From IMG/VR virus record IMGVR_UViG_2925914267_000008, positions 1 through 11,263 of that record: a DNA stretch of 11,263 bases. One strand, written 5' to 3'. The stretch is from a virus (Duplodnaviria > Heunggongvirae > Uroviricota > Caudoviricetes). Shown here piece after piece: positions 1 to 8,022 of the stretch (its first letter is position 1; every line of letters begins with the position of its first letter). The notes beneath the pieces are model-generated. The model saw only the letters and a list, made by a program, of their open reading frames with translations, had not been told where the DNA came from and searched no databases. A program made the position numbers and the translations under genes.

Positions 1-1066
1 GTGGCCCTCAGTGATACCAAACTTCGTAGCATCAATGGTAAGCCCTACAGCGGCGCACCCGAAGTCACAGATGGTGACGGTTTGAGTGTGCGTATTACTC
101 CGACTGGAACGATTACATTTCAGCATCGATATCGCTGGAACGGTAAGCCTGTTCGCCTCTCTGTCGGCCGGTATCCTGCAATGTCCCTCAAAGAGGCCCG
201 CGTTATCGTCGGTGAGATGCGCGAATTGTACCTCAAGGGGCTAAACCCTAAAAATTATTTTGCCAAAGAAGATGGCGAGCTAACGCTCAAAGAGTGCCTG
301 GATCAGTGGTGGACTAAGTATGTTGAAACGCTGAAGCCTAATACCCAGACGCTGTATAAGTCGGTTGTGTACAACACCATGTACACAGAGTTCCCGGACG
401 CACCGGTCGTAAACATCCCCGTTTCGGCTTGGGTAAGGTTCTTCGACAAGCAGGAGAAGAAAAACGGGAAAAAGGCTCGGGTGCTGCTGCTCCAACTCCG
501 ATCCGTAATGAACTGGTGTATCAGCCGTCAGCTGATCCCTTCGTGCGAGGTGCTGAAACTCAGCGTTAAGACCATCGGCAAGAAACCAGACGTTGGTAGC
601 CGGGTACTCACTTATACCGAGCTGGCAAAAATCTGGTTAGCGCTGGAAAACAATAAGGTCGTTAGCTCCAATAAGGTTCTTCACCAGTTGCTGTTGCTCT
701 GGGGTGCGCGATTATCCGAACTGCGCCTGGCCACCGCAAGTGAGTTCAATATGGGCGATCTGATTTGGACGACGCCAGCCGAGCATTCCAAAATGGGAAA
801 TGTTATTCGTCGGCCTATATTCGACCAGGTTAAACCTTACATTGAAAGGCTTCTCAATGCTGGGAACGATATTCTTTTCCCGGGTCAGGAACTGGACAAG
901 GCTATAGATCGCTCCTCAGCCAATCTCTACATGAAAAAGTTAAGGGATAAAATTGATATACCGGAATGGCGAACCCACGACTTCAGGCGTTCTCTGGTAA
1001 CGAATTTGTCAGGGGAGGGGGTTATGCCCATAAGCGCTAACTTAAGGGTTGTGGTATTACGCCTGA
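1..1066 (+). pseudogene. P4-family tyrosine integrase, 3'-truncated by IS1
   Basis: GTG start at position 1. The N-terminus (MALSDTKLRSINGKPY...GDGLSVRITPTGTITFQHRYRWNGK...GRYPAMSLKEARV) fits the arm-binding domain pattern of P4-type integrases. An HxxR-like box (THDFRR) is present near the end, but the frame runs into the IS1 inverted repeat and stops at 1069-1071 before any catalytic tyrosine. Confidence 0.8.
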
Positions 1067-1089
1067 GGTAATGACTCCAACTTATTGAT
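1067..1089. repeat. IS1 terminal inverted repeat (insB-proximal end)
   Basis: Matches the canonical IS1 terminus as recalled; it is the imperfect inverted partner of 1812-1834. Confidence 0.85.
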
Positions 1090-1585
1090 AGTGTTTTATG
1101 TTCAGATAATGCCCGATGACTTTGTCATGCAGCTCCACCGATTTTGAGAACGACAGCGACTTCCGTCCCAGCCGTGCCAGGTGCTGCCTCAGATTCAGGT
1201 TATGCCGCTCAATTCGCTGCGTATATCGCTTGCTGATTACGTGCAGCTTTCCCTTCAGGCGGGATTCATACAGCGGCCAGCCATCCGTCATCCATATCAC
1301 CACGTCAAAGGGTGACAGCAGGCTCATAAGACGCCCCAGCGTCGCCATAGTGCGTTCACCGAATACGTGCGCAACAACCGTCTTCCGGAGCCTGTCATAC
1401 GCGTAAAACAGCCAGCGCTGGCGCGATTTAGCCCCGACGTATCCCCACTGTTCGTCCATTTCCGCGCAGACGATGACGTCACTGCCCGGCTGTATGCGCG
1501 AGGTTACCGACTGCGGCCTGAGTTTTTTAAGTGACGTAAAATCGTGTTGAGGCCAACGCCCATAATGCGGGCAGTTGCCCGGCAT
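1082..1585 (-). CDS. insB: IS1 InsB reading frame (expressed as InsAB' by -1 frameshift)
   Basis: The translation ...[70 protein letters not shown]... matches IS1 InsB. It overlaps the insA 3' end in the -1 frame. Confidence 0.85.
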
Positions 1586-1779
1586 CCAACGCCATTCATG
1601 GCCATATCAATGATTTTCTGGTGCGTACCGGGTTGAGAAGCGGTGTAAGTGAACTGCAGTTGCCATGTTTTACGGCAGTGAGAGCAGAGATAGCGCTGAT
1701 GTCCGGCGGTGCTTTTGCCGTTACGCACCACCCCGTCAGTAGCTGAACAGGAGGGACAGCTGATAGAAACAGAAGCCAC
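1504..1779 (-). CDS. insA: IS1 InsA (transposition inhibitor, N-terminal part of InsAB' transposase)
   Basis: The 91-aa translation [43 protein letters not shown]... is the IS1 InsA sequence as I recall it. Confidence 0.9.
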
Positions 1780-1811
1780 TGGAGCACCTCAAAAACACCA
1801 TCATACACTAA

Positions 1812-1834
1812 ATCAGTAAGTTGGCAGCATCACC
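1812..1834. repeat. IS1 terminal inverted repeat (insA-proximal end)
   Basis: Reverse complement reads GGTGATGCTGCCAACTTACTGAT, the canonical IS1 left end. The insA start lies 55 nt inside it. Confidence 0.85.
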
Positions 1835-2907
1835 CGACTTACGGTGAGCTGAAAGTCTGTGTTGACGGAGAATTTCGGGTCAGCACATCGAAGAGTGAAG
1901 GGCGTATTGTCCGCTTTGACCTGAAGTTTGTCGAAGCGGGAGAACTCTCTTACCCCACATCAGGTGCGGCGACGGCGCAGACGCTGATGTCATCCTGTTC
2001 TGCACTGGATGACTGCATCAGTGACAGTTTCAGTAGTTTCAGTATCGATGGCGTGGCAGATTTTGTGCAGAACGATGTCGTCGGTAATGCCAGCACAATG
2101 CTTGGGTATGTTTCTGATGCGATGAAAGTGGTGGATTCTGCCGTATCGGATGCCGCCAGGCTGTTGCAGGGGGATATCTCGGTACTTCTGCCGCCGCCAT
2201 CGTCAGGCAAAAATTTCGTTGAGCAGGTGCAGAAAATGTGGCGTACCGGGAAACGCCTTTATGGTAACGCCAGCGACCTGGTCACCATGATCAAAACGCT
2301 TTCCGGTGTCAGCCTCGGCAGCGATCTGCAACCGCGCGGCGTCTGGAAAACGGACAGTAAAACCACCGCCACGGCGACGCAGCAGCGTAACGTGGTTGCC
2401 AGCACCCTTCGTATGACCGCAATCAGCGAAGCGGCGTATGCCGTTACCCGATTGCCTGCGCCAACAACTTCTGCGGTGATGCAGAATGCCGCAGTGGGGC
2501 AGTCAACAACACCCGCGCAGAGCTCCGGCTGGCCTGCCGTCACGCATCCGGTGCTGAACAATGCACCGGCGGTGAAAAACACGGTTGACCTGCCAACGTG
2601 GGAAGAACTGACCGACATTCGCGACACACTGAATATGGCAATTGATAAGGAGTTGTCCCGTACAACCAGTGATGCGCTGTTTCTGGCGCTGCGCCGGGTG
2701 AAAGCAGATCTGAATGCGGATATCAACACGCGCCTTGAACAGTCTGCTCGGATCATTCAGCGCACGCCGGATGAGGTTTTACCCGCGCTGGTGCTGGCGG
2801 CGACCTGGTTTGATAACGCGGCGCGTGACGCGGACATTATCCGGCGTAATGCCATTACGCATCCCGGCTTTGTGCCGGTGATCCCTCTGAAGGTGCCAGT
2901 GCAATGA
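1835..2907 (+). pseudogene. Mu-type DNA circulation protein (N/gp43-like), 5'-truncated at the IS1 junction
   Basis: Frame 1 is open from the IS1 boundary at 1835 through the stop at 2905-2907. The first ATG is at 1987, with no plausible start or RBS before it. It sits directly upstream of the gp44/P-like gene, as in the Mu order N-P-Q. The family call rests on synteny and general resemblance, not on a search. Confidence 0.55.
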
Positions 2908-3983
2908 ACGACAATGTCACGCTACGGGTAAATGGCCGGGAGTGGAATGGCTGGACATCGGTGCGCATCGGTGCCGGTATTGAACGGCTGGCGCGGGATT
3001 TCAGCGTGGAGATCACCCGCCAGTGGCCGGGAGATGAGGGTATCACCACGCTTCAGCCGCGCATTAAAAATGGTTCAAAAGTGGAAGTGCTGATTGGTGA
3101 TGAGCTGGTGATCACCGGCTGGGTGGAGGCGACCCCCGTTCGTTACGATGCCCGTTCGGTCAGCACCGGTATTGCCGGACGTAGTCTGACTGCTGACCTG
3201 ATTGACTGTGCAGCCGAACCGACACAGTTTAACGGACGATCGCTGGTACAGATTGCGCAGGCGCTTGCTGCGCCTTTCGGCATTGAGGTGGTGAACAACG
3301 GTGCGCAGTCGGGTGTTATTCCTGACGTCCAGCCCGATCACGGTGAAACGGTGATTGAGGTAATCAACAAAATACTCGGTCAGCAGCAGGCACTGGCTTA
3401 CGACGACCCGCACGGCAGGCTGGTGATTGGTGGTATTGGCTCAACGCGGGCACATACTGCGCTGGTACTCGGGGAAAACATCCTTTCCTGCGATACGGAG
3501 AAGAGTATCCGGGAGCGGTTTTCAGTTTACCAGGTGGCGGGGCAGCGTGCCGGAAACGACGATGATTTCGGTGAGGCCACCACCACCGCGCTGCGGGCCC
3601 GCACAGAGGACGCATTTATTGCCCGTTACCGTCCGATGTATATCAGGCAGACAGGGCAGGCTACGGGGGCAGGCTGTATTGCCCGTGCGGACTTTGAAGC
3701 CCGACAACGGGCGGCGCGGACGGATGAAACCACCTATGTGGTGCAGGGCTGGCGACAGGGTAACGGTACGCTGTGGCAGCCCAACCAGCGGGTGATTGTC
3801 TTTGATCCGGTCTGTGGTTTCGACAATACCGAACTGCTTGTTTCGGAAGTCACGTTTACTCAGGACCAGAACGGCACCCTGACGGAAATCCGTGTCGGCC
3901 CGCCTGATGCTTATCTGCCTGAACCCGAAGCCCCCGGCGCGCGGAAAAAGAAAAAAGCCAGAGTACAGGAGGACCCGTTCTGA
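2904..3983 (+). CDS. Mu gp44 (P)-like baseplate hub protein
   Basis: 359-aa ORF whose start overlaps the upstream stop (ATGA at 2904-2907). Size, position and sequence character fit the Mu P/gp44 baseplate family. Confidence 0.75.
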   Translation: MNDNVTLRVNGREWNGWTSVRIGAGIERLARDFSVEITRQWPGDEGITTLQPRIKNGSKVEVLIGDELVITGWVEATPVRYDARSVSTGIAGRSLTADLIDCAAEPTQFNGRSLVQIAQALAAPFGIEVVNNGAQSGVIPDVQPDHGETVIEVINKILGQQQALAYDDPHGRLVIGGIGSTRAHTALVLGENILSCDTEKSIRERFSVYQVAGQRAGNDDDFGEATTTALRARTEDAFIARYRPMYIRQTGQATGAGCIARADFEARQRAARTDETTYVVQGWRQGNGTLWQPNQRVIVFDPVCGFDNTELLVSEVTFTQDQNGTLTEIRVGPPDAYLPEPEAPGARKKKKARVQEDPF

Positions 3984-4531
3984 TGAGGACGATTGAAGCC
4001 ATGCAGCGACAACTCCTCGGCCTGATTGGGCGGGCCGTGGTGAAAAGCATCAGTGCCGCCACGAAATGTCAGACCGTGGATGTGTTCCTGATTGCCGGTG
4101 AACCCAAAGCCGGGGTTGAACATCTTGAACCCTACGGTTTTACCGCAAGGGCAAACAGCGGTGCGGAAGCGGTGGTGTTGTTTCCGGATGGCGACCGTTC
4201 TCATGCGGTGGTTGTTACGGTGTCGGACCGTCGCTACCGCCTGAAAGGGCTGCAGACGGGTGAGGTGGCTGTCTATGACGATCAGGGGCAGTCCGTGACG
4301 CTGACCCGGGAGGGGATCGTGGTGGACGGTGCAGGTAAAACGATCACGTTTCGCAATGCACCTGAAGCACGTTTTGAAATGGACCTAGAAGTGACAGGAC
4401 AGGTGAAAGACCTGTGCGACTCCGGCGGCACCACCATGTCAGCGATGCGGCTTGCCTATAACGGGCATAGTCACAGAGAGAACGGTCAGGGCAGTAACAC
4501 CGACAAACCGGATAAAGCGATGGAGGCATGA
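3983..4531 (+). CDS. Mu gp45-like baseplate spike/assembly protein (gpV-type)
   Basis: 182-aa ORF whose start overlaps the upstream stop (TGATG at 3981-3985). Size and position fit Mu gp45. Confidence 0.75.
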   Translation: MRTIEAMQRQLLGLIGRAVVKSISAATKCQTVDVFLIAGEPKAGVEHLEPYGFTARANSGAEAVVLFPDGDRSHAVVVTVSDRRYRLKGLQTGEVAVYDDQGQSVTLTREGIVVDGAGKTITFRNAPEARFEMDLEVTGQVKDLCDSGGTTMSAMRLAYNGHSHRENGQGSNTDKPDKAMEA

Positions 4532-4956
4532 TGGAACTGTGGCTGACGGTGAACGGTAAACGCACCTGCGCCAGCGCACCGCTGGATCCGCTGACCCGCG
4601 CCGTGGTGATTTCCCTGTTTACCTGGCGGCGGGCGGAGCCTGATGACAACGCCGACGTCCCGATGGGATGGTGGGGGGATACCTGGCCTGCGGTACAGAA
4701 TGACCGTTACGGCTCCCGACTGTGGCTGCTTCAGCGCAGCAAACTGACCAATCAGCTGGTGCAGACGGTAAGGGGGTATATCCGCGAATGCCTGCAATGG
4801 ATGATTGATGATGGCGTGGTGTCCCGTATTGATCTGGATATCCGCCGCACCGGGATTAATGAACTGGGTAACAGTATCACTCTCTGGCGTCGTGACGGAC
4901 CGGTAATGATTTCTTTTGATGATCTGTGGAGTGCGATAACGCATGGCGGACAGTGA
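4528..4956 (+). CDS. Mu gp46-like baseplate protein (GP46 family)
   Basis: 142-aa ORF with ATGA overlap to the upstream gene. Size and synteny fit Mu gp46. Confidence 0.75.
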   Translation: MMELWLTVNGKRTCASAPLDPLTRAVVISLFTWRRAEPDDNADVPMGWWGDTWPAVQNDRYGSRLWLLQRSKLTNQLVQTVRGYIRECLQWMIDDGVVSRIDLDIRRTGINELGNSITLWRRDGPVMISFDDLWSAITHGGQ

Positions 4957-6001
4957 ATTTCAGCGCCCGACGCTGGCAGAAAATATCAGTATGCTCCGTA
5001 ACGATTTATTCGCCAGGCTGGACGTCAGCGACACGCTCCGGCGCATGGATGAAGACGTGCGGGCAAAGGTGTATGCGGCGGCGCTGCATACGGTTTACGG
5101 GTACATCGATTATCTGGCAATGAACATGCTGCCTGACCTGTGCGATGAGTCCTGGCTGGCGCGACATGCTGCGATGAAACGGTGTCCGCGCAAGGGGGCC
5201 ACGGCTGCCAGCGGGTATATGCGCTGGGAAGGTGTCAGCGATGGCCTGAAGGTGACCGCCGGGAGTGTTATTCAGCGCGATGACCTGGTTCAGTACACGG
5301 CAACTGCTGATGCAACCAGCTCCGGTGGTGTCCTGCGCGTGCCGATCACCTGCTCAACTACAGGCGTGGTCGGTAACGCTGACGACGGTACGGCATTAAT
5401 CCTGGTCACGCCGGTGAATGGTCTGCCGTCTTCCGGCGTGGCAGATACACTGACAGGTGGATTTGATACTGAAGAGCTGGAAACGTGGCGCGCCCGCGTC
5501 ATTGAGCGGTATTACTGGACGCCTCAGGGCGGGGCTGACGGGGACTATGTCGTCTGGGCTAAAGAAGTACCCGGCATTACCCGCGCATGGACATACCGAC
5601 ACTGGATGGGAACGGGGACTGTCGGTGTGATGATTGCCAGCAGTGACCTGATTAATCCCATTCCGGAAGAGTCAACGGAAACGGCGGCAAGACAACATAT
5701 CGGGCCACTGGCCCCGGTGGCAGGCTCTGATTTGTATGTATTCAGGCCGGTGGCGCATAAAGTGGATTTTCATATCCGCGTGACGCCGGACACACCGGAA
5801 ATACGGGCTGCCATCACCGCCGAGTTGCGTTCGTTCCTGCTGCGTGATGGTTATCCGCAGGGAGAACTGAAGGTGTCACGTATCAGTGAAGCGATTTCCG
5901 GTACGAACGGGGAATACAGCCATCAGTTGCTTGCCCCGGCGGACAATATCTCCATTGCAAAAAATGAGCTGGCGGTTCTGGGGACGATTTCATGGACGTG
6001 A
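4943..6001 (+). CDS. Mu gp47-like baseplate wedge protein (Baseplate_J family)
   Basis: 352-aa ORF overlapping the previous gene by 14 nt. Size and synteny fit Mu gp47 / P2 gpJ-type proteins. Confidence 0.8.
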   Translation: MADSEFQRPTLAENISMLRNDLFARLDVSDTLRRMDEDVRAKVYAAALHTVYGYIDYLAMNMLPDLCDESWLARHAAMKRCPRKGATAASGYMRWEGVSDGLKVTAGSVIQRDDLVQYTATADATSSGGVLRVPITCSTTGVVGNADDGTALILVTPVNGLPSSGVADTLTGGFDTEELETWRARVIERYYWTPQGGADGDYVVWAKEVPGITRAWTYRHWMGTGTVGVMIASSDLINPIPEESTETAARQHIGPLAPVAGSDLYVFRPVAHKVDFHIRVTPDTPEIRAAITAELRSFLLRDGYPQGELKVSRISEAISGTNGEYSHQLLAPADNISIAKNELAVLGTISWT

Positions 6002-6576
6002 CAAACGATGATTATATCCGTCTGTTGTCGGCACTGTTGCCGCCCGGTCCGGCGTGGTCAGTCAGCGATCCGGCGATTGCCGGTGCGGCACCGTCATTAA
6101 CCCGCGTTCATCAGCGTGCGGATGCCCTGATGCGGGAGCTGGATCCGCGCACCACCACTGAACTGATAAACCGCTGGGAGCGTCTGTGCGGTCTGCCGGA
6201 TGAATGTATTCCCGCAGGGACACAGACCCTTCGCCAGCGTCAGCAACGGCTGGATGCGAAGGTTAATCTGGCGGGCGGCATCAATGAGGATTTTTATCTT
6301 GCACAGCTTGCTGCCCTGGGCAGACCAGACGCCACTATCACGCGATACGATAAAAGCACGTTCACCTGCTCATCGGCCTGTACTGACGCAGTGAATGCGC
6401 CGGAATGGCGGTATTACTGGCAGGTCAACATGCCAGCCGCCACCAACACCACCTGGATGACATGTGGCGATCCCTGTGATTCCGCACTGCGTATCTGGGG
6501 CGACACCGTTGTCGAGTGCGTGCTTAACAAACTCTGCCCTTCGCATACCTACGTAATTTTTAAATATCCGGAGTAA
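5992..6576 (+). CDS. Mu gp48-like tail protein (DUF2313 / YmfQ-like)
   Basis: 194-aa ORF overlapping the previous gene by 10 nt. It resembles the YmfQ/gp48 family found just upstream of tail-fibre genes in Mu-like and e14-like tails. Confidence 0.75.
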   Translation: MDVTNDDYIRLLSALLPPGPAWSVSDPAIAGAAPSLTRVHQRADALMRELDPRTTTELINRWERLCGLPDECIPAGTQTLRQRQQRLDAKVNLAGGINEDFYLAQLAALGRPDATITRYDKSTFTCSSACTDAVNAPEWRYYWQVNMPAATNTTWMTCGDPCDSALRIWGDTVVECVLNKLCPSHTYVIFKYPE

Positions 6577-6579
6577 TCC

Positions 6580-7092
6580 ATGCATCGTATAGACACGAAA
6601 ACCGCGCAGAAGGATAAGTTCGGCGCGGGTAAGAACGGTTTTACCCGTGGTAACCCCCAGACCGGCACACCTGCCACCGATCTGGATGATGACTACTTTG
6701 ACATGTTGCAGGAAGAACTTTGTAGCGTTGTTGAGGCATCCGGTGCCAGTCTGGAGAAGGCGCGGCACGACCAGCTGCTTACCGCACTTCGTGCGCTGCT
6801 GTTAAGCCGCAAGAATCCGTTTGGCGATATCAAATCGGATGGCACTGTGCAAACGGCTCTCGAAAACCTTCAATTGCGAGAATCATTCACAGGTGTGGTT
6901 GGTCAGGCCGTTAACCAGAAAATGAGCGTGGCAATAGCGTCGGCATCAGCAACATTCACCGCTGACCAGGTTATTGTTGGTGAGTCATTATCTGGCAAGC
7001 AGTACCGTGTAAGTTCGGTAAGCGAAACTATCAACCTCACCACGACTGGGGCGGGCGGGATGGATACAGGAGCAGCCCCTGCCAGTGGTTGA
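6580..7092 (+). CDS. Phage tail fibre protein, N-terminal part, ending at an in-frame TGA
   Basis: The start [47 protein letters not shown] is a conserved tail-fibre N-terminus. The ATG is 4 nt after the gp48-like stop, with GGAG upstream. The frame ends at TGA 7090-7092. Confidence 0.7.
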   Translation: MHRIDTKTAQKDKFGAGKNGFTRGNPQTGTPATDLDDDYFDMLQEELCSVVEASGASLEKARHDQLLTALRALLLSRKNPFGDIKSDGTVQTALENLQLRESFTGVVGQAVNQKMSVAIASASATFTADQVIVGESLSGKQYRVSSVSETINLTTTGAGGMDTGAAPASG

Positions 7093-7626
7093 GTTGCTAT
7101 TTACCTTATTTACAACCCAACGACCAACACCTCAGCATTACTTGGTGTTAACACGACAACCGTCGTTGCGCCCACAGTCTACGGCGGTGCAAACATGCCA
7201 GCGGGATATACGGCGAGCGCACTCGTATCCGTCTGGAGAACAACAAGCGGCTCTTTGCTTCTGAATGGGTACCAGCGAGGTCGAAAATTTTGCATCCCGC
7301 GTGTAGATGTACTGACCACAAGCAGTAACCCAGGACCATACTCACCAATCCCTCTTAGCGCAGCCGTACCGCTAAACGCTATAGCAGCGAGTGGTTACGC
7401 ATTCTGTAACTCAGGCTCTGGTTCTGGGTTTGCGGTTTTGTCTGTCGGGTCTGATGCAAATGGGCTTGGGTATTTTCAGGTGTATGCCGGGCTGGTTGGT
7501 TCGCTAGGGAGCGATATCTATTTTGAGAATACCCTCGCTGAACCTCAAAAACTTTACTACACGTTTACCTGGACAACGCCAGCAGTGTCAAATGCCACCA
7601 TTGGGATAAGCGGTTATACGATCTAA
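7093..7626 (+). pseudogene. Tail fibre distal part, in the same frame as 6580..7092 across one TGA
   Basis: Same frame as the upstream tail-fibre ORF, with no further stop from 7093 to 7626. The 34 codons between the TGA and the first ATG (7195) read as Thr/Asn/Ser/Val/Gly-rich, fibre-like sequence, and there is no RBS ahead of 7195. Confidence 0.45.
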
Positions 7627-7636
7627 GGAGTGAATT

Positions 7637-7804
7637 ATGTCTGTTGTATATGTGCAGTTCTCTGATGAGAAAGAAACAGAAATTGTCTCTGTTTTTGCAT
7701 CTCCGGCCGACCCGGATTACTACCAGTTTTTGGGGGAGGTAGAGGGGGATGATGAGCGGCTTAAAATCTTTTGGAAGCAATTCCCTCAGCATGCCGTAGG
7801 TTGA
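7637..7804 (+). CDS. Hypothetical small protein (55 aa), not in the ORF track
   Basis: ATG at 7637 is preceded by AAGGAG at 7625-7630 with 6-nt spacing. Translation: MSVVYVQFSDEKETEIVSVFASPADPDYYQFLGEVEGDDERLKIFWKQFPQHAVG. It sits directly after the tail fibre, where assembly chaperones or cargo genes usually lie. I do not recognise a family. Confidence 0.4.
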   Translation: MSVVYVQFSDEKETEIVSVFASPADPDYYQFLGEVEGDDERLKIFWKQFPQHAVG

Positions 7805-7994
7805 TTGGATAATAAGTCGCTAGGTGAGAACTGGCGGATAATTTTTCTAGATAAGTTTTTAGCAACCAGCATTCCTGTTTTTTATATCCAGGATTTTGGT
7901 TTACAGTACTTATTTTTAACTGTATTGAGGATGGCGAAAACAGATTGAAAATTACATCCAGATCACCCAATCGATAATCAACCATTATAAAAAA

Positions 7995-8014
7995 GGCTCC
8001 CTTTTTAGGGAGCC
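7995..8014. terminator. Intrinsic terminator hairpin between convergent genes
   Basis: Perfect 8-bp stem GGCTCCCT / AGGGAGCC with a TTTT loop. On the minus strand it is followed by TTTTTTATAA, 9 nt downstream of the acyltransferase stop. On the plus strand it is preceded by an A-run, with only a weak T-tract after it. Confidence 0.65.
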
Positions 8015-8022
8015 TTGTGTGG

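Larger units (their letters stand above)
1067..1834 (-). mobile_element. IS1: IS1 insertion sequence, complete 768 bp copy
   Basis: The IS1 end GGTAATGACTCCAACTTATTGAT is at 1067-1089 and ATCAGTAAGTTGGCAGCATCACC at 1812-1834. The InsA and InsB reading frames lie inside on the minus strand, with the A6C slippery motif near 1522-1528. Confidence 0.95.

Noticed and set aside
280-495. 71-aa minus-strand ORF inside the integrase
   Set aside because: Antisense to a well-supported integrase frame, with no RBS.
1116-1808. ORFs 1116..1406 (+) and 1596..1808 (-) inside IS1
   Set aside because: They are alternative frames of the insA/insB region. IS1 is only known to encode InsA and InsAB'.
2259-2756. 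Antisense ORFs inside the tail genes (for example 1950..2210, 2259..2756, 2855..3049, 3075..3413, 3364..3615, 3522..3707, 3856..4062, 3911..4204, 4344..4649, 4486..4944, 5290..5502, 5396..5602, 6370..6768, 7148..7348) and same-strand out-of-frame ORFs (3427..3795, 4926..5123, 6200..6394)
   Set aside because: They lie wholly within GC-rich, translationally coupled structural genes, have no RBS, and their Arg/Pro/Gly/Cys-rich translations are typical of shadow frames in high-GC coding DNA.
7090-7130. Possible invertase crossover site at the tail-fibre stop (TTATTTACAACC resembles a gix half-site)
   Set aside because: There is no inverted partner half-site at the required 2-bp spacing.
7761-7985. 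74-aa minus-strand ORF in the AT-rich spacer (also 7565..7792 on the minus strand)
   Set aside because: It starts right after the terminator hairpin, with its only RBS-like GGGAG inside the terminator stem 11 nt upstream, and runs antisense into the better-supported small plus-strand ORF. A real small gene cannot be fully excluded.
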